DNA of 64,000 bases from an uncultured Acidimicrobiia bacterium (lineage in GTDB: Bacteria; Actinomycetota; Acidimicrobiia; Spongiisociales; UBA5794). Positions 29,337 through 38,237 of this stretch are shown here, piece by piece. How positions within the stretch are numbered: position 1 is the first letter of the stretch; each line of letters starts with the position of its first letter. Under the pieces are notes generated by a model. It was given only the letters and a program-made list of their open reading frames with translations. It searched no databases and was not told where the DNA came from. Where the stretch lies: the NCBI GenBank assembly GCA_963834375.1, contig CAWIBM010000001.1:453864-517863 (forward strand), written 5' to 3'. A program made the position numbers and the translations under genes.

Positions 29337-29393
29337 CTTCTTGGTGACGGCACGCCCGCTCAGCGGTACTCCCGGTAATCGATCGTCGGGCGA

Positions 29394-31283
29394 TTACTCC
29401 CGGTCGTCCATGGTCTCGCGACGTCGTCTCGAGAAGGCCACCCCGGCCACGACCAGCAGGGCGGCCACCCCCAGGCCGATGAGGAGCGGGACGCCGATCC
29501 CGCCGTCGTCCTCACCGCCGGCCGCCGCCTCGGCGTCGCCCGGAGCCAGCGTGTCGCCCGGGGCCAGCGTGTCGCCCGGGGCCAGCGTGTCGCCAGGCGC
29601 CGCGGTCCCTTCCCCACCGGTGCCGGTTGGCGCCGCGGCACCCACCGGCGTGAGCAGCACGTACGACGGGGAGCTGTTGGAGAACATCACCGGGCCGGTC
29701 CCGGTGGGCTGCTGCACCCAGCCTTCGAAGCTGTCGTTGCGGTACGCCTGGAGGTCGGGGTTGTACCAGAGAGGCATGTACCCGGCGGCGGCGTGCATGA
29801 TCCGCAGCATCTCGTGCACCGTCTCCACCCGGCTCTCCGGGTCGAGGTCGACCCGCTGCTCCTGGTAGAGACGGTCGTACTCCGGATCGGTCCAGTTGGC
29901 GTCGTTGTAGTAGTCGCTTGGGTCCTCTTCGTAGGGAAGCTGGTCGCTGGTGAAGTACGACAGCATCGGGTCCGGGTCGACGAACGGGGTCCACCCCCAT
30001 TGGAAGCTGTCGTAGTCGCCGCGGCCGATGACCTCGATGAGCTGGCCCTCGTCGAATGTCTCGGTGGTGATGCCGATCCCGATGGCGGCCAGCCACCCGC
30101 TGAGGAACTCGGCCACCGAGCTCGCCGTCGGCGAGTCGGCGATGACCATGTGGCGGAGCACTATGTCTTCGCCGCCTCCCGGCATCTCCCTGATTCCGCT
30201 GCCGTCGGTGTCGAGGTAGCCGGCCTCGTCGAGGATGCTGTTGGCCAGGGCCGGGTCGTACTCGAAGTCCTCCTCCTCGGTGAGCTCCGGGATCCACTTG
30301 GGATCGGCTCCCGGGCTGATCGTGGTGGCCGGTCGCCCCAACCCGAACAGGATGTCCTCGAGGGCGGCTTCCTTGTCGATCGAGTGGGCGATAGCGGTGC
30401 GGAACTGGAGGTCGAGCAGCGCCGGGTGGGGCTGGCCCACCCCGGCCCCGAGGTTGAAGGCGATCTCGTCGAAGCCACCCTGGTGGCCCTCGACCACGGT
30501 CAGGTCGGGGTTCTCCCGCAGGCTCTCCACGGCGTTGGAGGGGATCCCGTGGGCGGCGTCGAGCTCGCCCGCCTCCAGGGCGGCCACCATCGCCTCCGGG
30601 TTGGCGAAGAAGCGGAAGATCACGGTGTCGACGGCGATCGGGGCGCCCCAGTAGTTCGGGTTGGCGGTGAGGCGGAGGAACTCACCAGGCCGGTGCTCGT
30701 CGAGCACGAACGGACCGCTGCCCACCCCGTCATCGGCGGGATACGTGCGCAGGTCGCGGGGGCTGCCGGAGGCGACCGGCTCCCAGATGTGCCTGGGGAG
30801 GATGTAGGCGTCCATGGTGGGGAGCCTGGGGTCGGGCTCGGCGGTGACGATCTCCACGGTGCGCTCGTCCAGGGCGGTGGCGGTGAGGTTGCCGGTGACG
30901 GATGCGTGGTTGAGCCACTCCTGCTCCGCAGAGGTGTTGATGGTCCACGCCACGTCGTCGGCGGTGAGCGGCTCTCCGTCCGACCACAACAGACCCTCGC
31001 GCAGCGTGTAGGTGACGGTGAGGCCGTCCTCGGAGACCTCCCACGACTCGGCGAGGCCGGGAATGGGGACGAAGTCCTCCGCCGCCTTGTCGGTGAGCGT
31101 CGCGTACTGGAGCGTCCAGAACTCGTACTCGGAGACCAGGAAACCGGCGGTGACGTTGAGCGTGTCCAACGCCTGGGTGAGCCCGATGGTGAGGACGACC
31201 TCGTCCTCATCCTGGGCGCCGGCTGCCGGCGCCATCAGGGCGATCAGGATGACCAGTGTGACCAGAGCAAGGGACCTGCGCAC
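29394..31283 (-). CDS. Family-5 (peptide/nickel) ABC substrate-binding protein with a cleavable N-terminal signal and an unusual C-terminal repeat plus TM anchor
   Basis: GTG at 31283 follows a ggagg SD. VRRSLALVTLVILIALMAPAAGA-QDEDE, and there is no lipobox Cys. The SBP_bac_5-like body contains TLREGLLWSDGEPLTADDV and ANPNYWG. Tail: TAAPGDTLAPGDTLAPGDTLAPGDAEAAAGGEDDGGIGVPLLIGLGVAALLVVAGVAFSRRRRE. Confidence 0.85.
   Translation of the reverse strand: MRRSLALVTLVILIALMAPAAGAQDEDEVVLTIGLTQALDTLNVTAGFLVSEYEFWTLQYATLTDKAAEDFVPIPGLAESWEVSEDGLTVTYTLREGLLWSDGEPLTADDVAWTINTSAEQEWLNHASVTGNLTATALDERTVEIVTAEPDPRLPTMDAYILPRHIWEPVASGSPRDLRTYPADDGVGSGPFVLDEHRPGEFLRLTANPNYWGAPIAVDTVIFRFFANPEAMVAALEAGELDAAHGIPSNAVESLRENPDLTVVEGHQGGFDEIAFNLGAGVGQPHPALLDLQFRTAIAHSIDKEAALEDILFGLGRPATTISPGADPKWIPELTEEEDFEYDPALANSILDEAGYLDTDGSGIREMPGGGEDIVLRHMVIADSPTASSVAEFLSGWLAAIGIGITTETFDEGQLIEVIGRGDYDSFQWGWTPFVDPDPMLSYFTSDQLPYEEDPSDYYNDANWTDPEYDRLYQEQRVDLDPESRVETVHEMLRIMHAAAGYMPLWYNPDLQAYRNDSFEGWVQQPTGTGPVMFSNSSPSYVLLTPVGAAAPTGTGGEGTAAPGDTLAPGDTLAPGDTLAPGDAEAAAGGEDDGGIGVPLLIGLGVAALLVVAGVAFSRRRRETMDDRE
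29527..29598. repeat. 18-bp in-frame tandem repeat (about 4 units) encoding APGDTL units in the SBP tail
   Basis: gccagcgtgtcgcccggg is repeated at 29545, 29563 and 29581, with a degenerate unit at 29527. Confidence 0.9.
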
Positions 31284-31318
31284 GTTTTCGACCTCCAGAC
31301 GCGGCACCAGACCTTCAC

Positions 31319-31368
31319 CCCGAGGTCGCCTCTCGCCGCCGCCGCGGCCACCCCTCGTCGACCTCGGG
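31319..31368 (-). terminator. 10-bp perfect inverted repeat between the FtsX-permease stop and the SBP start (possible terminator or operator)
   Basis: cccgaggtcg (31319-31328) and cgacctcggg (31359-31368), with a 30-nt spacer. Confidence 0.25.
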
Positions 31369-31424
31369 AATCGGCAGCGTACCAAGCGCGCCGATGAACC
31401 GCCGGAGTTGTCCCCAGCCTCCGG

Positions 31425-34019
31425 TCACTCGGCGCGGAGAGCGTCGGCCGGCATGGTGCGTGGCGCCAGCTGAGCCGGGGGCAAGGCGGCGACCAGAGCG
31501 ATCAGGATGCCGCCGGCGACGGCGATCAGCACCGGCAGCCACGTGCTGGCCGAGTCGGACAGGACGCCGAGCTGACCGGCGAAAGCCCGCCACGACAACC
31601 GGCCGGCCACCACCCCGAGTGGAATGCCGACGACCAGGGCGGCGAGAGTCGTCGCCAGCGAGTGCACGAGCACCGACCCGCGCACCTGGGCATCGACGAA
31701 GCCGAGCGAACGGAGCACGGCGAGCTCCTTCCGGCGGGCACGCGTGGAGGACCACGTGGCGAAGATCAGCCCGACCGCCGCCATGGCAGCGAGCACGGCG
31801 GCCACCACGACCGGCACGGTCCTCGTCGAGCCGGCATCGATGATCTCGGGGGGTCGCACCGGCGCCGAGTAGGGGATGGCCGGGAATCCGAGCAGGTCGA
31901 GACCGGCCAGTCCGTCACCGATGCGTTCTCGTGTCGCCGGCGTATCGGCTTCCGGATGCAGGTCGACACCGACGAACGTGGCGGCGCCGTAGGAGCTGGC
32001 GTCGGGTTGACCCTCGGTGTGCATCGCCTCCGGCATGAGCAACCCGGTGCCGGTGCCGACCCGCTCGGCGAACAGCGGGCCGAGGCTGGGGAACACGACG
32101 ATCCCGGTGATGGTCGCTTCCGTAGGGCCGACCAGGCCGCCGATCTCGACGGTCTCGCCGACCGCCAGGCCGCGCTCGGCGGCGGTGCTGGCGCCGAGGG
32201 CGACCTCGTCGCGGGCGGTCGGGAGTGCCCCTTCGAGGACGGGGAGGTCGAGGTCGGCGGTCTGTTCGAATCCCAGCAAGGTCATCATCGGGTCGCCGTC
32301 GAGGGAGATCTCGTTGACGAAGCCCAACACTGTCCAGCTGTCCACCGCCGGGTCGTCGTCGAGGAGCTCGCCGGCGGCGGCGACGTCGAGGTCCCCGTAC
32401 CCACCGCCAGTGGTGGCGGCGACCTCCCATGGCCAACCGTACGACCGGGGTGTCGACACCAACGCCGCCAGGCTGGTACCGAACACGGCGGTGGCGACGA
32501 AGCCCGCGGTGAGCAGGATCCCACCGGCGATCAGCGGGATCGCCGCCCGCGAGCCGAACGCCGTCCGCAGCCCGGTGGCGACCGCCGGGGAGGCGACCCG
32601 GGTGGCGAGCCGGCGCCCCGGCCAGTCGACGACGGCGGGAGGTGGATCCTGCCGACGAGCCGCCCGCATCACCAACGCCGCCACCACCGAAAGAGTCAGG
32701 AAGAGCAGCCCGGCCGCGATCGCCAGCGTGAGGACGTCGAGCCGTCGCCCGGACTCCGCCTCGACGACGGCGACCAGGCCCAACGGTCCCACGGAGAGGA
32801 GGTAACTGGCGGCGACGCCGGCGGCCACGCCGACCACGGCACCGAGCGCCGGGGGGAGGCCGGTGACGAACGCCCGGGCGGCGCTGGCCACACCGAGTTG
32901 GTACCACTGGCGCCGGTCGGTGGTGGTCCTTCGCAGCTCCCTGCTCACGGCGAGGGCGAACAGCCCGAGCATGGCCACGGCGACGGCCGATCCCAGCACC
33001 AGCAGCCCGATGACGGTGGGGCGGACGGCACGCTCCACGCGGAGCCGCTCCGGTTGGGTCTCCTGGGTGATGGTGAAGTAGGAGGGCGGCTCGTCGACCC
33101 CGGCATCCTCGAGATCCAACGAGTCCATGAGTTGCCCGTTCAAGAGGTTCGAGCGGCGCACGTACTCCTGGAGCGCCGGTTTGACGGCGGCGGCCCCACC
33201 GGCGAGTGACAGCGAGTAGTAGCGGTACTGGGTGGCGCAATCCGCCGGGAACATCGTCGCCATGACCACGTCGAAGCTCGACTGTGACGGCGGGGTCGGT
33301 GGCACGCAGTCGTAGCGTGCCGCCAGGTCGGGCGACAGGATGACCGTGTGGCGCGGGTACAGCTCGTCGGGCAACACGCCGTCCGGCATCGCCACGATCC
33401 CGACGACGGTCACGTCCTCGACGCCGATCGGCTCCGCCACCTCGTCGAGCAGCGCTGCGATGCTGTCCCCCTCGGCGACATCCGGCACGGCACGCCAGAA
33501 CGCGAGCGGCTCGACATCACCGACTGCGAGGTCGAGCGCCTCGGCCATCTCGACGCTTATCGCCGCCTCGCTTGGCCCGGTGGGCAGGCGACCCGACTGG
33601 ACGGCGGGACGGTCCATGTCGGCGTACCGCCCGTCGGGGGACCCGCGGACCACCACCTCCGACCCTCCCTCCCCGAGCTCCGCACGGCTCCGTGGTGCCC
33701 CGTCGTCGTTGGTCACGAAGAACAGGGCGTCCGAGGTGACCTGCTCGACGCCGGGGAGGGTGCGGATCGCCTCCTCGATCTCCCGGGTGTTGGTCGACGG
33801 GTTGATCACCACGTCGCCGACATCGGCTCGATCGAGGTAGGCGCGGTAGGCGTCGGAGGTCCGATGGGCCGTGGTCAGGGCGACCACGGTCCCGGTGGTG
33901 CCGATGGCGACGATCAGTATCGCCGGGACCATCGCCACCCAGCGGCGGCGCAGCCAGGCCGCCGCCAGCCAGCGGGTCGCCGGCCAGCCCGAGCCGGTGC
34001 GTTCGGTCTCCTCGGTCAT
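31425..34019 (-). CDS. Large FtsX-family ABC permease (MacB-like, duplicated FtsX module); no adjacent ATPase gene
   Basis: ATG at 34019 (MTEETERTGSGWPATRWLAAAWLRRRW) inside track ORF 31425..34454. 864 aa, intact. TM1 plus a large extracytoplasmic domain plus TM bundles, repeated twice. The C-terminal part ELAVLRSLGFVDAQV is FtsX-typical. Confidence 0.8.
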   Translation of the reverse strand: MTEETERTGSGWPATRWLAAAWLRRRWVAMVPAILIVAIGTTGTVVALTTAHRTSDAYRAYLDRADVGDVVINPSTNTREIEEAIRTLPGVEQVTSDALFFVTNDDGAPRSRAELGEGGSEVVVRGSPDGRYADMDRPAVQSGRLPTGPSEAAISVEMAEALDLAVGDVEPLAFWRAVPDVAEGDSIAALLDEVAEPIGVEDVTVVGIVAMPDGVLPDELYPRHTVILSPDLAARYDCVPPTPPSQSSFDVVMATMFPADCATQYRYYSLSLAGGAAAVKPALQEYVRRSNLLNGQLMDSLDLEDAGVDEPPSYFTITQETQPERLRVERAVRPTVIGLLVLGSAVAVAMLGLFALAVSRELRRTTTDRRQWYQLGVASAARAFVTGLPPALGAVVGVAAGVAASYLLSVGPLGLVAVVEAESGRRLDVLTLAIAAGLLFLTLSVVAALVMRAARRQDPPPAVVDWPGRRLATRVASPAVATGLRTAFGSRAAIPLIAGGILLTAGFVATAVFGTSLAALVSTPRSYGWPWEVAATTGGGYGDLDVAAAGELLDDDPAVDSWTVLGFVNEISLDGDPMMTLLGFEQTADLDLPVLEGALPTARDEVALGASTAAERGLAVGETVEIGGLVGPTEATITGIVVFPSLGPLFAERVGTGTGLLMPEAMHTEGQPDASSYGAATFVGVDLHPEADTPATRERIGDGLAGLDLLGFPAIPYSAPVRPPEIIDAGSTRTVPVVVAAVLAAMAAVGLIFATWSSTRARRKELAVLRSLGFVDAQVRGSVLVHSLATTLAALVVGIPLGVVAGRLSWRAFAGQLGVLSDSASTWLPVLIAVAGGILIALVAALPPAQLAPRTMPADALRAE

Positions 34020-34140
34020 CGTGGCGACAGTACGACCCGATCGACGCCGGGGGAAGCGTGCCTGCCCGACTCGGTGGGGGATGCGGGCACCCCGGCGGGC
34101 CGCCCGGCACCCTGGCCGGCACCGGGGGTACCATCGCCGG

Positions 34141-34851
34141 ATGGGCCAGGAACCGGACGTTCTGCGGCTCGTCGTCGCCGACGACGTGCTCATCGCCCGT
34201 GAGGGCATCGTCGCATGGTCGAGCACGGAGGCGACATCGCCGTGGTCGCCGTCTGCCGGGACCTGCCGGAGCTCCTCGCCGCAGTGGGCGAGCACGAGCC
34301 GGACGCCGTGGTCACCGACATCCGCATGCCGCCGGGAATGGCCGACGAGGGGATCCAGGCGGCTTCCGAGCTGCGCGCAATCCCATCCCGACATCGGCGT
34401 GGTGGTGCTGTCGCAGTACATCGAACCGGCGTGGGCGCTGGCGTTGTTCGCCAAGGGGTCCGAAGGACGCGCCTACCTGTTGAAGGAGCGGGTGAGCGAG
34501 CCGGACCAGCTGGTCTCGGCCGTACGCCAGGTGGTCGGGGGCGGGTCGGTGGTGGATCCCAGGGTCGTTGACGCGCTGATGGCGGCCAACCGGAGACGGC
34601 GGTCGGCGCTCGACCACCTCAGCAGGCGCGAGAAAGAGGTGCTCGCCGAGATCGCCCAAGGGAAGAGCAATACCGCCGTCGGCGCATCGCTGTACCTCAG
34701 CGTGCACGCCGTCGAGAAGCACATCAATTCGCTGTTCGCCAAGCTCGGCCTCGACGTCGCCGAGACCGACGTCCATCGAAGGGTCAAGGCGGTCCTCCTG
34801 TACCTCTCCGAGACCGGCCACGATCTCGGCGGGGGTGTCACCACCACCTGA
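34141..34851 (+). pseudogene. NarL/LuxR-family response regulator; two frame changes as assembled
   Basis: MGQEPDVLRLVVADDVLIAREGIV (frame of ORF 33871..34851), then MVEHGGDIAVVAVCRDLPELLAAVGEHEPDAVVTDIRMPPGMADEGIQAASELRA (ORF 34215..34571), then back to HPDIGVVVLSQYIEP...LSRREKEVLAEIAQGKSNTAVGASLYLSVHAVEKHINSLFAKLG. Shifts near 34210 and 34378. Confidence 0.85.
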
Positions 34852-34906
34852 CGGCACCGGGGTGCACCCTGTGCACCTGCCGGCGAGCGTGCCACCATGG
34901 GATCGC

Positions 34907-35299
34907 ATGGGCGCGGCCCCCAACTCCGTGAGCGTCCTGATCGTCGACGACCAGGCGCCGTTTCGCTCGGCTGCCAGGACGGTGGTGACGCTGGCTCCCG
35001 GCTTCGAGGTGCTCGGCGAAGCGGAGACCGGGGAGGAGGCGGTGGCGACGGCGACCTCCCGCCGTCCCGGGCTGGTCCTGATGGACATCAACCTGCCCGG
35101 CATCAGCGGGATCGAGGCCACCCGCCAGATCGTCGCCGCCGGCGACGCCACCAAGGTGATCCTGCTGTCGACCTACACCCAGGACGATCTCCCCGCCGAC
35201 GCCCGCAGCTGCGGTGCGTTGGCATACGTGAACAAAGAGGATCTCAGTCCCCAGCTCCTCACCGAGCTGCTGTCGGGGCCGGACGACGGCGACGGTTGA
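34907..35299 (+). CDS. Stand-alone receiver-domain (CheY-like) response regulator
   Basis: ATG at 34907. VSVLIVDDQAPFRSAART...PGLVLMDINLPGISGIEATRQI...KVILLSTY...GALAYVNKEDL. No output domain. Confidence 0.85.
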   Translation: MGAAPNSVSVLIVDDQAPFRSAARTVVTLAPGFEVLGEAETGEEAVATATSRRPGLVLMDINLPGISGIEATRQIVAAGDATKVILLSTYTQDDLPADARSCGALAYVNKEDLSPQLLTELLSGPDDGDG

Positions 35300-35341
35300 C
35301 GCCCTCGGGCGAGACCGAGGACACAAGCGCCGGAACGCAGG

Positions 35342-37489
35342 CTATAGGGTCGACTCGGCGTCGTCGTCGGCACGGCGGTCGGGCAGGTAGCCGATGACGC
35401 GGGTGCCCTCGCCAAGAGCAGTCGTCACCGTGAGGCTGCCACCCATGGCACCGAGCCGGTCGGCCATGTTGACGAAGCCGTGGCCGGCGTCGACGGCGCC
35501 CTGGTCGAATCCGACACCGTCGTCGGCGACCTCGAACGTCAACTCGTCATCGCCATGGTCGACGGTGACGGTGATCGACGCGCCTTCCCCGGCGTACTTG
35601 CCGGCGTTCTGCATCGCCTCCAGGCAGCAGAAGTACACGGCCGCCTCGATGTCGGCGTCGAAGCGGGGGAGATCGCCGATGCGCAGGCTGGTCGGCAGCG
35701 TGGCCCGGTTGGCGGCTGCCACCAACGCCGCCTGCAGTCCCTGGGTGCGCAGCAGCGGGGGGTAGATGCCGTGGGCGAGCTCGCGCAGCTCGGACAGGGT
35801 GGTCTGGACGTCGCTGCGCAGCTCCTCGAGCAGGGCCGCCGCCTGTGCCGGGTCGGTCTCGTACAGCTGGCGGGCGAGGCCGAGCTTCACCGCCATCGCC
35901 ACCAGGTACTGCTGGGCGCCGTCGTGCAGGTTGCGCTCGATGTGGCGCCGGCTCTCGTCGGCGGCGGCGACGATCCTGGCGCGGGAGGCGGCGAGCTCGA
36001 CGTTGCGCAGCTGGAGCTCGTCGAGGCTCGCCTGGAGCGCGGTGTCGAGGCGAACGTTGTGCAGAGCGAGCCCGAGCTGCCGGGCGATCTCGGTGAGCAC
36101 CCGATCCTGCTCCTCGTCGGGGTCCGAGGCGTCCCCGCGCTCCGCCACGATGAATCCGAGCAGCTCACCCTGGTGGGCGACGCTGGCCACCCGCACCGTC
36201 GCGTCGCCACGGCCCTCGGCCAGGGCAGGGACCCACACCGCCGACCAGGCGAGCCCCGAAACGGGCGTGCGGGCGGCGACGGTGCTCTCTTCCCGGCCCA
36301 GCGTGAGCCGGGTGGCGCTGCGGTCGGGGACGGCGACGGCGAGGTCGAACACCCCGTCGCTCCCCGTCCAGACCTCGGCACGGCGCAGTCGCATGCTCTT
36401 GTGCAACGTTTCCGCCAGTTGCCGCAGGAGCTCGTCCATCGGCACGGCGCGCGACATTCGACCGGCGAACGTGTGCAATGCCGCGTCCGGCGCCTCCCTC
36501 TCGCCATAGACGCGTTCGTTGGCGAACACCTCCAGGCGGCGCCGCGCCGGGACCGCCAGCAGGGCGATGGCGCCGGCGGCGACCAGCGAAACCGCCACCA
36601 TCGAGCGCTGTTCGGGGTTGGGCGTTCCTTCGAAACCCACCACGGTGGCGACGTACACCGAGGCTGCCAGCAGCACGAGACCGGAGGCGATGATCGTGCC
36701 GACGAGGGCACGGGCGGCGAACGGGAGCGTCGCCTCGAACGAGGCGAGCACCAGCGCCACCGGCAGCGCCACCGAAGCCCCGACGGCGACGACACCGATG
36801 CTGTCGGGCCAGCCGGTGAGGGCGGAAGAGGCGATGGCCACCACCGTGAGAGTGACCATCACCAGCGCCCCACACCACGCCCACCACAGCCGGGAAACCT
36901 CGCTGGTGCTCGCTCGACGCCGCCGCATCGAGACCATCGCCACCGCAGCGACCGTCAGCGCCAGCGACGCCAGAAGAACCGGGGCCGGGCTGATCTCGGG
37001 TGTGTCGACGTACACCAGGACGGCCGCACCGCCGGCGACGAGGTATCCACCGGCCACCACCGACCGGCGGCGCCCCCCGATGACACCGTCGGGCAGCGAT
37101 GCGGCGAGATGGAGGCAGCCTCCGGCCACCAACGCCAGGGCGACGGCACGGCCGGCGGCGGCGGTTCCCACGCCTGAAGCGTCGGCCGACAGCCACAGCG
37201 CCGCTGCGGCGGAGGTGGCGATGCCGGCCACGATCACGGGTAGCCACGCCTGGTGGCCCCGGGTGGCGATCGTCACCGCACCGAGCGCCCACACCGCGGC
37301 AGCACCGGCGACGACCCAGGCTCCGGCGGTGCCGGCGGCGGCGGCGCCGAGCAGGCCACCGACAACCGTGACCACACCGAGCAGGATCGTGATGACCATC
37401 GCCCCGGGGACCGGATGACTCCCGGTGATGGCGGATGCCGCCGCCAACTCGGCCACCGGAGCCGGTTGGGGAGATGCGACCACGGTCAT
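35342..37489 (-). CDS. Polytopic sensor histidine kinase (about 9-10 TM, GAF-like, HisKA_3, HATPase_c)
   Basis: 715-aa intact ORF. H-box IERNLHDGAQQYLVAMAVKL. N/G boxes CCLEAMQNAGKYAG...VADDGVGFD...GFVNMADRLGAMGGSL. Confidence 0.9.
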   Translation of the reverse strand: MTVVASPQPAPVAELAAASAITGSHPVPGAMVITILLGVVTVVGGLLGAAAAGTAGAWVVAGAAAVWALGAVTIATRGHQAWLPVIVAGIATSAAAALWLSADASGVGTAAAGRAVALALVAGGCLHLAASLPDGVIGGRRRSVVAGGYLVAGGAAVLVYVDTPEISPAPVLLASLALTVAAVAMVSMRRRRASTSEVSRLWWAWCGALVMVTLTVVAIASSALTGWPDSIGVVAVGASVALPVALVLASFEATLPFAARALVGTIIASGLVLLAASVYVATVVGFEGTPNPEQRSMVAVSLVAAGAIALLAVPARRRLEVFANERVYGEREAPDAALHTFAGRMSRAVPMDELLRQLAETLHKSMRLRRAEVWTGSDGVFDLAVAVPDRSATRLTLGREESTVAARTPVSGLAWSAVWVPALAEGRGDATVRVASVAHQGELLGFIVAERGDASDPDEEQDRVLTEIARQLGLALHNVRLDTALQASLDELQLRNVELAASRARIVAAADESRRHIERNLHDGAQQYLVAMAVKLGLARQLYETDPAQAAALLEELRSDVQTTLSELRELAHGIYPPLLRTQGLQAALVAAANRATLPTSLRIGDLPRFDADIEAAVYFCCLEAMQNAGKYAGEGASITVTVDHGDDELTFEVADDGVGFDQGAVDAGHGFVNMADRLGAMGGSLTVTTALGEGTRVIGYLPDRRADDDAESTL

Positions 37490-37502
37490 CCCCTCATCGG
37501 CG

Positions 37503-38164
37503 TCATGTCACCATCCGACCGTCGCGCATGGAGACGATCCGGCCGGCGCCGGCCGCCACCTCGTCGCTGTGGGTCACCACGATGATGGTTTGCCCGTCGC
37601 GGTGGAGGCGCCGGAACAGCTCGAGGATCTCGCCGCCGCCATCGCTGTCGAGGGCTCCGGTCGGCTCGTCGGCGAGGAGGAGCGTCGGCTCGTTGGCCAG
37701 TGCCCTGGCGATGGCCAGGCGCTGACGCTGGCCACCGGACAACACGGTGGGCATGGCGTCGGCCTTGTCGCCCACCCCGAGCAGATCGAGCAGGTCGCGG
37801 GCGCGGGTCTCGGCCTGCTTGCGTCCGACGCCGGCGAGAACGGCGGGCAGGACGACGTTTTCCATGGCCGTCATGCCGTCGAGCAGGTTGAAGAACTGGA
37901 AGACGATGCCGATGTGGTGCCGGCGCATTCGGGCCAGCCAGTCGTTGTCCCGGCCGGTGATCTCCTCGCCGGCGACCCGGATCGAGCCCTCGTCGACGAT
38001 GTCGAGGCCGGCGATGAGGTTGAGCAGCGTCGACTTGCCGCAGCCCGATGGCCCCATCACAGCGACGAACTCCCCTCCGGCGACGTCGATGTCGGCGCCG
38101 CGCAGGGCGCGCACCGGCGCCAGCTCGGCTTCGAAGGTCCGCCGCACGCCCGCGCGGTGAGCAC
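37503..38164 (-). CDS. MacB/LolD-type ABC ATP-binding protein without an adjacent permease; probable 1-nt frame change in codons 5-6
   Basis: Track ORF 37503..38147: [18 protein letters not shown]...[15 protein letters not shown]...LLLADEPTGALD. Upstream, a gaaggag SD plus the GTG at 38164 gives VLTAR, joining GVRRTFEAELAPV if one g is added at about 38150. Confidence 0.85.
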
Positions 38165-38237
38165 GGCGGTGGCTCCTTCGCCGGGTTTCCCGGGGTCCGT
38201 GGCCGGTTGGTCGGTGACTGCGGCATCGATCATGGGG

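Noticed and set aside
31425-34454. An N-terminal 145-aa extension of the FtsX permease ORF, which would make a 1009-aa protein.
   Set aside because: The extension overlaps the divergent response-regulator gene and has no TM or family features. The ATG at 34019 gives the canonical short cytoplasmic N-terminus followed by TM1.
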